From: Bdellovibrionota bacterium
GTDB taxonomy: Bacteria > Bdellovibrionota_C > UBA2361 > OMII01
DNA: 21,606 nucleotides
NCBI GenBank assembly: GCA_044345405.1
Contig: JBIJBE010000052.1
Span: 1-21,606, forward strand
Reading direction: 5' to 3'
The position numbers were made by a program, and so were the translations under genes. Of the stretch, positions 1 to 8,256 are shown in pieces. A model generated the notes under the pieces. It had not been told where the DNA came from and ran no database searches. It worked only from the letters and a program-made list of their open reading frames with translations. Numbering within the stretch: position 1 is the stretch's first letter; each line of letters opens with the position of its first letter.

Positions 1-1067
1 GTCGTCGCATCCTCATCGGGCCCAAGGTACCTTTCATTGGCGTCAGTGAGGAGCGCGCGCGTCAACGCCTCTATTCGAGTCGCGATCGCGACGAGGTCTC
101 CGTCGGCCTGGAACGCGGTGGTGTTCGTCACATCAGCGTATCCGCGTAGCTGAAGGATGCCACCAAGAGAACCCATACCGCCCTTGATTGTTTTGGTAAG
201 ATCGAGGTGCGCCGGGGATGCCTCCGTCCCAAAGTTATAGACAACATAACCAAGGGTTCGTCCCTCAAGCGACGGCGGTAATGACGCCCCACCGAAACTT
301 GGCGTATGCGTGAACTCAAGGTCGCGGGAGGTCGTGCCACTTACGATTGGGAATCCGTTCGCGAGCGACACGTTGACCATGCCGTTTTCCATTTCCGCGG
401 CGGAGAAGGTTATCTTCTCAGCGAGCCTCGTCAGAAGCGCGTCGCGCTGGTCCTCCTCGTCAATCGCGGGAATATTTGACGCTTTTCGCTTTTGGATGAG
501 GTCATTCAGGTTCGCTATCTGCTTCGTATAGTCGTTGATCTGCTTGAGTTCAAGCGGGACCTGATTATCAAGCTCAGTCTGTGTTTCCGCGATGGTGTTG
601 TAGGTCGTCTTGATCGCGTTGACTAGGTCCTCTCCTCGTTGCAGCAACACGATACGGTCATCAACGCTGTAGGGATTCACCGCGACCGTGTTAACCGCGG
701 AAAAGAAATCATTAAGGGTTGAGCCTATCGTGGGTTGAGGACCACTCAGACTGAATAGATTCTCAATTCGACCGAGGTAGTCATTAGAGATATTCGCCAT
801 CCCTTGACGACTCGCGGCGTCCCGTACCGCGCTCTCAAGGAAGGCGCTTGTGATTCGTCGGATCGTGCCAACCTCCACACCACTTCCAAACGTGAAGCTT
901 GATTGCAGTGAAGCGGCATCTACGCGGTTGAGGAGCGTAACCTCTCGGCGGGTATACCCAGGGGTATTAACGTTCGCGATATTATTGGAGGTATTCGCGA
1001 TCAATGCCTGCTGCGCGACGAGCGCGCTCATCGAGTTCCCAAGAATTTTCGAACTATAATTTGGCAT
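1..1067 (-). CDS. flgK: Flagellar hook-associated protein FlgK (5' part; runs off the left edge of the window)
   Basis: Not in the ORF track, consistent with having no stop inside the window. Manual translation from ATG 1067 gives MPNYSSKILGNSMSALVAQQALIANTSNNIANVNTPGYTRREV (axial-protein NNIANxNTPGY motif). The same frame near the edge reads GSLGGILQLRG. It lies directly after flgN. Confidence 0.93.
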   Translation of the reverse strand, partial: MPNYSSKILGNSMSALVAQQALIANTSNNIANVNTPGYTRREVTLLNRVDAASLQSSFTFGSGVEVGTIRRITSAFLESAVRDAASRQGMANISNDYLGRIENLFSLSGPQPTIGSTLNDFFSAVNTVAVNPYSVDDRIVLLQRGEDLVNAIKTTYNTIAETQTELDNQVPLELKQINDYTKQIANLNDLIQKRKASNIPAIDEEDQRDALLTRLAEKITFSAAEMENGMVNVSLANGFPIVSGTTSRDLEFTHTPSFGGASLPPSLEGRTLGYVVYNFGTEASPAHLDLTKTIKGGMGSLGGILQLRGYADVTNTTAFQADGDLVAIATRIEALTRALLTDANERYLGPDEDAT

Positions 1068-1126
1068 CGAGGTTCGTTCGCGGGAGCCGGCATTTTTTGC
1101 CGCGCACCTGTCCTTACCGTAAGATG

Positions 1127-1142
1127 AGCAACGAACGTGCCG
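1127..1142 (-). promoter_or_regulatory. sigma54 (-24/-12) promoter for flgK
   Basis: Minus strand reads CGGCACGTTCGTTGCT, i.e. GG-N10-GC and close to the TGGCAC-N5-TTGCW consensus, about 60 nt upstream of the flgK ATG. Confidence 0.75.
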
Positions 1143-1219
1143 TCGATGATGGTGATGTTATGTGAGGAGGTTAGGGCCGTTCCACACGGCTCTACGCGCG
1201 GCTCGCGGTCAGAGGCTCT

Positions 1220-1732
1220 CTACGCTTTACCCAGGGAGCTACCGGTGCGAACCGGGCCAGGCTGCACACCTTCCGACATGCCACCGTACGCGTTGTACGT
1301 GCGAGAGACTGGCTGGGTGGCCGACCACAGGAGCGAGATCTCGCCGTTAACCAACCCGAGGGAGAAATTGAGTATCTGATTGAACTCCTTGGTGCACTTA
1401 TCCACGACCATCAGACGACCCTTTACCTTGTTCGTAAGGGTGAGGAGGCGCTTTTTGTCGCCCGGAGCGCACCCCTGATTGATCATATCGGTGACGCGGG
1501 TGAACTCATCACCTGTTATACGCTCCACCAGAAGGGCTCTCTCCTCGCGCAGGCGCGTGAGGTTATCCACCACGACTCCGCGTTTCTCCCCTAGGAGCGT
1601 GACGGTCTCAGACTCAAGCTTAACGACAGCCGCTTGTTCATCTTTGATGATCTTCAGGTACTCATCACACAGCGAGACCTCGTCGACCAAAAACTTCTCA
1701 AGAGTTTTCACGTCCGCGCTGGTGAGTTTCAT
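1220..1732 (-). CDS. flgN: Flagellar export chaperone FlgN
   Basis: 170 aa helical protein with a C-terminal N-x-x-I-L...TY-x-x-x-G pattern, located between flgM and flgK. Confidence 0.85.
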   Translation of the reverse strand: MKLTSADVKTLEKFLVDEVSLCDEYLKIIKDEQAAVVKLESETVTLLGEKRGVVVDNLTRLREERALLVERITGDEFTRVTDMINQGCAPGDKKRLLTLTNKVKGRLMVVDKCTKEFNQILNFSLGLVNGEISLLWSATQPVSRTYNAYGGMSEGVQPGPVRTGSSLGKA

Positions 1733-1742
1733 GGGTGACTAA

Positions 1743-2096
1743 CTATTCTTTGAAGTCCCCTGCCAGGGCAACCTCAAGGTAGATCTCCTCGCTCATTGAG
1801 CGAGCGATCGCTTGAGAATCCGGGGCATAGGTGCCGTTTTTAATTTGCTCTTTCAACTTCGCGATCTTCTGCGCTCGCTCCTCAGCCATCTTGGCGGGGT
1901 TGAGCTCAGACTGAAGGAGGGCGCCAAGTGAGGACACCTGGATCGTGTCTGCCTTGGACTCGGCGGACGCCGCGGAGCGCTCATCCGTACCCGCTCCGGT
2001 CACCGTCGACCGACGCACACCTGACTGCTCACCAGTGCGAGCGTCGGCTGGTCGGGAGATCTTGTTATCCACTGCGTCTGAACCTGGAATCTTCAT
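1743..2096 (-). CDS. flgM: Anti-sigma28 factor FlgM
   Basis: Begins MKI; contains DTIQVS and the C-terminal ERAQKIAKLKEQIKNGTYAPDSQAIA motif. The ATG at 2096 is preferred over the TTG at 2102. Confidence 0.9.
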   Translation of the reverse strand: MKIPGSDAVDNKISRPADARTGEQSGVRRSTVTGAGTDERSAASAESKADTIQVSSLGALLQSELNPAKMAEERAQKIAKLKEQIKNGTYAPDSQAIARSMSEEIYLEVALAGDFKE

Positions 2097-2216
2097 ATCC
2101 AATCCATTGGAAAAACGGTGACTTCACGGGACCGCCCTCACGAACGGCCCACCGGGGCACTTTGTTGGCGCACCGGGACTACACTACCATCTAAGATGCA
2201 GGAACGAGGCAAAAGG

Positions 2217-2522
2217 TTACTGCTTCTTACGTAACCCATCGAGATCTTTAAGGATAACCTCCTTAATTCCCATCCCTCTTCCTTCGGAGATCGAACTAGC
2301 CACCGCCTCGTTGAGCATGTCTCGATACATGCTCTCCTCGTGACTACCCGACAAGAGCTCTCCCTTCGGCACGGTGGCCCACATCGACTTCAACATCTCC
2401 TGAACTAACAACGCCTCAAACTGCTGGGCCGCCTGCTTCGAGTCCTGTGAAGCAGGCAGCTTCGCTTGAGAAACTTCCGGAACCTGAACTGATTTCGAAC
2501 TACCAACCTTAAAGGGATCCAT
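2217..2522 (-). CDS. flgJ: Short FlgJ (rod-binding domain only, no muramidase domain)
   Basis: Motif AAQQFEALLVQEMLKSMWATVPK...YRDMLNE...GRGMGI; 101 aa; follows flgI. Confidence 0.85.
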   Translation of the reverse strand: MDPFKVGSSKSVQVPEVSQAKLPASQDSKQAAQQFEALLVQEMLKSMWATVPKGELLSGSHEESMYRDMLNEAVASSISEGRGMGIKEVILKDLDGLRKKQ

Positions 2523-2530
2523 ACATCCTG

Positions 2531-3625
2531 CTACATAATAACAAGCTCGGCATTGAGCGCGCCCGCCGCTTTGAGCGCCGAGAAGATCGAAATCAGATCC
2601 CGTGGCGTAGCCCCCAAAGCGTTGAGCCCTTTGACAACATCTCCTAGCGTTACTTCCCCGCCAACTATCTGAAGGGCGCTTACGTCCTCACCAACCGTAA
2701 CATCTGTGTTCGTAACCGCTACCGTCTCACCAGCCGCTAAAGCGTTAGGCTGCGACACATCAGTCTCGGAGCGTATCGCGATGTTCAAGTTACCATGAGC
2801 CAAGGCCACTTTACTGATAGTGACGTGAGCGCCCATGACTATGGTACCCGTTCGCTCGTTTACAATTACCTTCGCCCCAATATCTTGGTCCACGGCAACC
2901 TGCTCCAGCATTGACACAACGCGGATCGGATCCGCTTGCGCGCTCTGATCCAAGAGGACCTCTACAGACGCTGAATCGACAGCGAGCGCGACCGGTTTGC
3001 CGATACGGGCATTGATAGACCGAACGACATGCGTCATCGTCGTGAAATCTGGCTCTCGCAACACCACTCTGACCTTGCGAGATTGAAAGAGGTCGAATGG
3101 AATAGAGCGCTCAACGATCGCCCCCTGAGGTATGGTCGCCACCGTGGGATGGTTCTTCTGCGCCGAGTCTCCACCCTCCGAAATCGAGAAGCCCCCGAGA
3201 TTTGTCTGGCCCTGGGCGACGGCGTAGGTATTACCATCCGCTCCCTTAAGAGCGGTCAAGAGCAGCGTGCCTCCTTGCAGACTCTTGGCGTCTCCCATTG
3301 AGGAAACAGCGACATCGATAGTGGAACCCGGCCTGGCGAACGCCGGCAAATTAGCCGTCACCATAACAGCGGCGACGTTCTTAACCTTAATGTCGACAGG
3401 ATTGACTCGGATACCCTGCTTCTCGAGCATATTCGAGATACTCTTCTGGGTGAAATCTATCTTTCCGTCGCCGGTACCGTTTAATCCCACAACGAGACCG
3501 TACCCGAGGAGCTGATTTCCACGAACACCCTCGATATCGGCGATATCCTTTAAGCGCGCGCCCTCCGCCCTGAGGGGCGCGAGGATCGCGCACGCGAGCG
3601 CTATACACAACGTAGCTATTCTCAT
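2531..3625 (-). CDS. flgI: Flagellar P-ring protein FlgI
   Basis: Signal peptide followed by ARLKDIADIEGVRGNQLLGYGLVVGLNGTGD; also VNERTGTIV and LKAAGALNAELVIM. The ATG at 3625 has AGGAAG upstream. Confidence 0.97.
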   Translation of the reverse strand: MRIATLCIALACAILAPLRAEGARLKDIADIEGVRGNQLLGYGLVVGLNGTGDGKIDFTQKSISNMLEKQGIRVNPVDIKVKNVAAVMVTANLPAFARPGSTIDVAVSSMGDAKSLQGGTLLLTALKGADGNTYAVAQGQTNLGGFSISEGGDSAQKNHPTVATIPQGAIVERSIPFDLFQSRKVRVVLREPDFTTMTHVVRSINARIGKPVALAVDSASVEVLLDQSAQADPIRVVSMLEQVAVDQDIGAKVIVNERTGTIVMGAHVTISKVALAHGNLNIAIRSETDVSQPNALAAGETVAVTNTDVTVGEDVSALQIVGGEVTLGDVVKGLNALGATPRDLISIFSALKAAGALNAELVIM

Positions 3626-3633
3626 AAAGCTTC

Positions 3634-4578
3634 CTAAAATGGCCAAATGATCCGCAGAAGGCGGGCGAACCAGCCTCCGTACTGAGCCTCTCCCACCGTT
3701 CCTTTACCGTAATAATCAACGCGAATTTGAGCTATCTTTGTGGACTGCACCTCATTATCTGATGTGATATCCCGAGGGCGCACGAGACCCGTAATCACCA
3801 TCACCTGCTCTTCATTGTTGACCGAGATGATCTTCTCTCCCTCGATTCTCAAGAGTCCCGATGGCAACACCTCCGCGACAACCGCTGACATCCTCGCTGT
3901 TAACTGCGCTTGTCGGTTGGTCTGCCCCTCTCCCTTGAAATCGTTCCTCGTTTGAGCTTTGATCAGGCTTGAGAGGTCAGGCGGATTGGTCCAATTCTGT
4001 GTCTGCTCCTCCAAGCCAAAGAAGTTCTCGATTGCGGCTTGATACTCGCTTTTGCCCTTAACTTCGGTGAGACCAAAGTGGCGGCCAATTGAGATCTCAT
4101 TGATCACGATCGTGAGAAGATCCATGGGCTGCCACGCTCGGAAGTCTCGGTAAACCTCGTTGGCTACCCTACTTTCACGCCACAAAGACGCTCCCACTCC
4201 CGGATCCCCCAACTCCAATGGTCCAGCGTATGCCCTGGGCAAATGCTCGGTGCTTCGAATTACCCTTACGTCGCCACCAAGCTCCGGGCTCTCACCGAAC
4301 ATTTGGGTCTGGGACGCCATCGGCGCGGCCCCCTGCTGGATAGCGGGCTTGATCGTTGGCATCTCCTCCATTTTGTCTGTGAACCTCATTTGCGCTTTTC
4401 CATCAGCGGAGGGGTCCTGCACCATACCTCCCTTCCACTGCAAGGCGTGGGGACCTTGGATCGGCTGGGAACCGGACGCGTACTTCATCGATGGAATATA
4501 AGGGTCGACAGGTGGCTGAGGAGCGCACCCTCCCACTCCAAGACACACACCTACAATCAAAGCTGTTTTACCCTGCAT
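3634..4578 (-). CDS. flgH: Flagellar L-ring lipoprotein FlgH with a long N-terminal linker
   Basis: Start MQGKTALIVGVCLGVGGC (lipobox Cys18) lies 4 nt after the flgA stop. Motifs: GASLW, DFRAWQPMDLLTIVINE, GLVRPRDITSDNEVQSTKIA, GWFARLLRIIWPF. Confidence 0.93.
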   Translation of the reverse strand: MQGKTALIVGVCLGVGGCAPQPPVDPYIPSMKYASGSQPIQGPHALQWKGGMVQDPSADGKAQMRFTDKMEEMPTIKPAIQQGAAPMASQTQMFGESPELGGDVRVIRSTEHLPRAYAGPLELGDPGVGASLWRESRVANEVYRDFRAWQPMDLLTIVINEISIGRHFGLTEVKGKSEYQAAIENFFGLEEQTQNWTNPPDLSSLIKAQTRNDFKGEGQTNRQAQLTARMSAVVAEVLPSGLLRIEGEKIISVNNEEQVMVITGLVRPRDITSDNEVQSTKIAQIRVDYYGKGTVGEAQYGGWFARLLRIIWPF

Positions 4579-4582
4579 ACCC

Positions 4583-5557
4583 TTATCCCCCAACCGTAAC
4601 GAGACCTGGGTCAGTAACTTTGCCCACGATGACCTTCTTAGAGGACTCATTTCGGACACGAATATCTTGTCCCATGCCTCCATTCTCAAGCGCGATACCG
4701 CTCGCGGTAACCTCAAGGCGACTTTGCCGAAAGACAACAATCACCCGAGAACCAGCTGTGACTACCGCCGGAACCGTTACCACGCTCGCCTTAAACATCT
4801 CCCCCTGTCCGATATCTTTTGTAAGATTGCGACCAACGATATCCCCCAGATTCTCGATCGAATCCCGCCCTACCGAGGTCCCGTTCACCTTCACCAGATG
4901 GACATCACTAGCCGTGACGGTAGCGCCCTTCACCAACGGACGCGACGCGACTGGCATGAGTCGCCACTCATCGGCGAACGCTTTGAGTTGAAACCTCACC
5001 TCATCCGAGCCAGCGACAGATTTATAGTCAATCCCGATGTGGCCTGGCCTTGTAGCCTGAAGCGCGACGACCTCCAGCCCTAAACTATCGGTAGGAACTC
5101 GTATTGGCCTATCAACGACGAGCTGCTTCACATCAACTTGCTTTTCACCTTTTGAGAGGAAGCTCGCTAACGCCCGCTCAAGCTCATCCAGTTTTACCTC
5201 TCGAAACGCTCGAGTGACCGTGATGTTACGCGGGAGAGAGTACCGAATAGAGTCTAGCCGTACGCCCTCGTCGCGAAGGCGCTCAAGAACCGTCGACCCC
5301 TCAAGCGTCACAGACTCTCCAGCCTTCGGGCTGACACCAACCGATATCTTTTTCAGCAGAATGACCGCCTCATCATCTTGGATGTTCGGGGAATCGATCT
5401 GCGCGACGTCTCCCAGCCTAATCGACTTGTCGGTGACAACAGCGTCAGCTCGCCCTTCAACCCGAATGGTGGGCGAACTCCCTTTCGGCGCCTCCGCTAC
5501 CGCACCTCCGATCCACATCTGCGCTCCAACAAGCAGCGCCATCAAAACCTGTCTCAT
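4583..5557 (-). CDS. flgA: Flagellar P-ring assembly chaperone FlgA
   Basis: Signal peptide and a C-terminal SAF/ChapFlgA region (ALENGGMGQDIRVRNESSKKVIVGKV); located between flgG and flgH. Confidence 0.92.
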   Translation of the reverse strand: MRQVLMALLVGAQMWIGGAVAEAPKGSSPTIRVEGRADAVVTDKSIRLGDVAQIDSPNIQDDEAVILLKKISVGVSPKAGESVTLEGSTVLERLRDEGVRLDSIRYSLPRNITVTRAFREVKLDELERALASFLSKGEKQVDVKQLVVDRPIRVPTDSLGLEVVALQATRPGHIGIDYKSVAGSDEVRFQLKAFADEWRLMPVASRPLVKGATVTASDVHLVKVNGTSVGRDSIENLGDIVGRNLTKDIGQGEMFKASVVTVPAVVTAGSRVIVVFRQSRLEVTASGIALENGGMGQDIRVRNESSKKVIVGKVTDPGLVTVGG

Positions 5558-5561
5558 GCTA

Positions 5562-6350
5562 TTACCTCTTCAAGTTAATCGCTGATGTAAGCATCTCATC
5601 CGCTGTCGTGATGCCCTTTGAGGAAGCCTCGTACGCCCGTTGAGCTGTAATCATGTTTACAACTTGCTCTACAACGCTCACGTTACTGCTCTCTAAAAAC
5701 CCTTGGTTCAATCGACCGAAACCCACCTGGCTGAAGATACCTGTCACAGGAGCTCCGGAAGCTTGAGTTTCCTCATATAAGCCCTGACCGGTCGCTCGAA
5801 GACCGCCATTGTTCGGGAAACGAACCGCGATGAGCTGACCAACCTGCGCCGGTACCGCGTTGTTCGGTTGCTTTACGGTAACTATTCCGTCTTGGCCGAT
5901 AGTCACCCCTAATGCGTCAGGTGGCACAGTTATTCCCGGAGCCACGATGAATCCATCAGCCGTGGTGAGCTGTCCGTTTTGGTCTAGCCGGAAAGATCCC
6001 GTTCTCGTATACGCCAGCGTTCCATCCGGCCTTGTGATCTGGAAGAAGCCATCACCCTCGATCGCCACGTCGAGTTGGTTATTCGTGGAGCTAAGGTCTC
6101 CTTGCGTAAAGAGCTTCTGCACCGACGCGGTTTTTACTCCGAGACCCACCTGAATACCGGTTGGGTTGAAGCTCGTTTGGGATGTCGGCGCTCCGGGCTC
6201 CATCACGTACTGGTACATGAGGTCCTGAAAGTCCGCGCGTCCCTTCTTGAATCCCGTCGTATTAACGTTCGCCAAGTTGTTGGAGATCACGTCCAGGTTT
6301 GTCTCCTGGGCCTGCATTCCAGTTGCCGCTGAATAGAGTGCTCGAATCAT
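5562..6350 (-). CDS. flgG: Flagellar distal rod protein FlgG
   Basis: MIRALYSAATGMQAQETNLDVISNNLANVNTTGFKKGRADFQDLMYQ and LESSNVSVVEQVVNMITAQRAYE; 262 aa. Confidence 0.97.
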   Translation of the reverse strand: MIRALYSAATGMQAQETNLDVISNNLANVNTTGFKKGRADFQDLMYQYVMEPGAPTSQTSFNPTGIQVGLGVKTASVQKLFTQGDLSSTNNQLDVAIEGDGFFQITRPDGTLAYTRTGSFRLDQNGQLTTADGFIVAPGITVPPDALGVTIGQDGIVTVKQPNNAVPAQVGQLIAVRFPNNGGLRATGQGLYEETQASGAPVTGIFSQVGFGRLNQGFLESSNVSVVEQVVNMITAQRAYEASSKGITTADEMLTSAINLKR

Positions 6351-6374
6351 AGGATTCCCTTATTCGTTAAAACC

Positions 6375-7133
6375 TTACTGCCGTTTCCCTACCTGCGAGA
6401 TCGCTGATTGATTGAGCGAATCGATCGTTTGCGCCGCCTTGGTGTACGCGTCAAACGCTCGATTCGTGGTTATCAAATCGATCATTCCAGTTACCGCTGA
6501 TACATTTGACATCTCGAGAGCCCGGGGCTCCACAAATCCTTCGACAGGTGTGGGCTGAGGACCGCTCGCGACCTTGAAGCGAGTTCCCTCAACAGGCTGC
6601 AATCCTTTCGTCTCGGCGAACCGAACTATTTGCAATCGTCCAACGATATTGCCCCCCGCTCGTACGGTACCGTCAGCGCCGATATTTGCCCCCGCGCCTT
6701 GCGCGATAATCGCTCCTCCATCACCCTGCACCTGCATGCCGTCCTGTGTGACGAGGGCGCCGTTAGCGTCCAAGGTGAAATTTCCCGCTCGAGTGAACAT
6801 ACGACCTTGCGGTGTGTTCACAACGAAGAAGTCATTCGCGTTTCGCAGCGCCACATCAAGTGGATTTCCTGTGCTCTTAATCGCTCCCATCGAGAAGTCG
6901 GTGTGGGTCGCGATCTCATTGACGGTAGCCACTCGTTTTTGATCACCGGTCGCGTACGGATCCTTACTCGCCATCTCTTTCGCGAAGGTATCCTTGAAAT
7001 CCTCTGGGGATGTCACCAAGATCTGACGCTTGAATCCAACGGTGTTCACGTTGGCCAAGTTGTTGTTCTGAATCTCCAGCTTTCGAAGCTGAACGATTCC
7101 TAATGATGCCGCGGCGTACGTTCCGATATCCAT
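6375..7133 (-). CDS. flgF: Flagellar proximal rod protein FlgF
   Basis: NNNLANVNTVGFK, TGNPLDVAL, FTRAGNF and LEMSNVS motifs; immediately upstream of flgG. Confidence 0.88.
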   Translation of the reverse strand: MDIGTYAAASLGIVQLRKLEIQNNNLANVNTVGFKRQILVTSPEDFKDTFAKEMASKDPYATGDQKRVATVNEIATHTDFSMGAIKSTGNPLDVALRNANDFFVVNTPQGRMFTRAGNFTLDANGALVTQDGMQVQGDGGAIIAQGAGANIGADGTVRAGGNIVGRLQIVRFAETKGLQPVEGTRFKVASGPQPTPVEGFVEPRALEMSNVSAVTGMIDLITTNRAFDAYTKAAQTIDSLNQSAISQVGKRQ

Positions 7134-7143
7134 CTAGACACTC

Positions 7144-8025
7144 CTAGAGAACAGACGTTTGACGACGAATGGCAGCCAGCGCTCCCAAGCGGGCATCCGT
7201 TCCCGCCAACGGCTCCGCCTCCTGCTTGCGGGTATCCTCTTCACGCTCAATCTCAATCATCTGCGCGAGCAGTCGAACTCCCTCAACCGGGAGCTTCATC
7301 TGAGTGGCAACGCTCTCAAGGCTCTGTCCATCCTTGAGCATCACCTCCGCCGACTTATATATTCGCTGCAGCTCAGTGGCCGTCGGCTGTGTCGGAGCCG
7401 CGCGTCGAGTCGCTTGGTTCGCGGCACCACCTTGAGCGGCTGACGCGGCAGTCGCGGGCGCGTTCGTTACCTCAATGCTGCGTTGAAGTGGGGTCCGGGC
7501 GTAGGTCTGCTCAACGAAGGTAGGAGCTTGCGGAGCTGGCTGATTAGGCGCTGCCTGGTAGGCAGGCGCGGCTTGAGCCTGAGGAGCGACTGAAGCCGCT
7601 TGAGGTTGAGCCGGATGAAGCGCCGCGGACTGTTCCTCGAGCCGAGCTCGCTCAGATTGAACTCCTCGCTCAAATCCGTTCTTAAGATCTTGAATAACTC
7701 GCACGGTCTCCGCTCGAGTTTGTTGAAGCTTATTTTGGAGCGCCTCAGCCTCGGCGAGTGCCTTCGTGATACGGGCCTCTGATTGCTGTATCTCGGAGAG
7801 CGCGCGCTGAATATTTTGCTCACGACGAAGGAGCTGGTCGTTCAATTGAAGTCCCGCGGTCTCCGCGTCACCTATGAGGCCACGCAAGCTTGCCTCCAAC
7901 TCCCGGGTCTTGGGGAGCATGCTGGGGAGACGCGAGGACTTGAAGGCCCGCACCGTCATGGTCATCACGGAGGTGATTAGGCCGATATCAACAAGAAGTT
8001 GCCACATTTGGATCTGATTCATCAT
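7144..8025 (-). CDS. Membrane-anchored coiled-coil protein with a C-terminal DUF2802/SwrB-like helical domain; first gene of the flg operon
   Basis: N-terminal hydrophobic helix, heptad-rich segment, A/P/Q-rich linker, then IYKSAEVMLKDGQSLESVATQMKLPVEGVRLL, which resembles the DUF2802 pattern. SD GAGGA upstream; stop lies 10 nt before flgF. Confidence 0.65.
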   Translation of the reverse strand: MMNQIQMWQLLVDIGLITSVMTMTVRAFKSSRLPSMLPKTRELEASLRGLIGDAETAGLQLNDQLLRREQNIQRALSEIQQSEARITKALAEAEALQNKLQQTRAETVRVIQDLKNGFERGVQSERARLEEQSAALHPAQPQAASVAPQAQAAPAYQAAPNQPAPQAPTFVEQTYARTPLQRSIEVTNAPATAASAAQGGAANQATRRAAPTQPTATELQRIYKSAEVMLKDGQSLESVATQMKLPVEGVRLLAQMIEIEREEDTRKQEAEPLAGTDARLGALAAIRRQTSVL

Positions 8026-8058
8026 TATTCCTCACTTACCCAGCCATCCACGGCACGA

Positions 8059-8081
8059 TGTCAAAAGCCTGGCTTTTGACA
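8059..8081. promoter_or_regulatory. Perfect 23-bp palindrome, probable dimeric activator or enhancer site
   Basis: TGTCAAAAGCC-T-GGCTTTTGACA. The 1-nt centre suggests a DNA-binding site rather than an RNA hairpin. Confidence 0.6.
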
Positions 8082-8089
8082 CGGCCCCC

Positions 8090-8103
8090 GTCAGGTGATT
8101 GAC
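8090..8103. promoter_or_regulatory. FleQ-like box (GTCA-N6-TGAC)
   Basis: GTCAGGTGATTGAC (reverse complement GTCAATCACCTGAC) has the architecture of the Pseudomonas FleQ consensus GTCAnTAAAtTGAC. Confidence 0.45.
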
Positions 8104-8126
8104 TCAGCACTCTTCCTTGCCCCCGC

Positions 8127-8166
8127 TAACCAGTTGAATTAGCATGGGGTTGCTCAGTAATTGTTA
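8127..8166 (-). promoter_or_regulatory. Two IHF-like sites
   Basis: Minus strand ATTCAACTGGTTA (8127-8139; 8 of 9 specified positions of WATCAANNNNTTR) and TAACAATTACTGA (8154-8166; 7 of 9). Both lie between the palindromes and the sigma54 site. Confidence 0.4.
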
Positions 8167-8193
8167 GCCACCTGAGGCTTGTATGGGATACAA

Positions 8194-8210
8194 AGGCAAG
8201 ACCCTTGCCA
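8194..8210. promoter_or_regulatory. sigma54 (-24/-12) promoter, palindromic, matching both strands
   Basis: Minus strand TGGCAAGGGTCTTGC points toward the flg operon. Plus strand AGGCAAGACCCTTGC points toward the aminotransferase. Both fit GG-N10-GC. Confidence 0.7.
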
Positions 8211-8256
8211 CCTCGGGTGAGCGCTGGGTAAATGCGTACCGATCTCAGGCATAGTC

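Noticed and set aside
2131-2140. GAGGGCGGTC (minus strand) resembling the start of a REP unit
   Set aside because: Only 10 nt match, with no second hairpin arm; probably chance.
2196-2213. Possible sigma54 or sigma28 promoter upstream of flgM
   Set aside because: TTGCCTCGTTCCTGCA lacks the invariant -24 GG. The nearby GCCAACAA has no TAAA at the right spacing.
2217-2522. flgJ as a truncated pseudogene
   Set aside because: Single-domain rod-binding FlgJ is normal outside beta/gamma-proteobacteria, and the start and stop are intact.
4579-4740. ORF-track 5' extension of flgH overlapping flgA
   Set aside because: The lipoprotein signal peptide begins at ATG 4578, just after the flgA stop.
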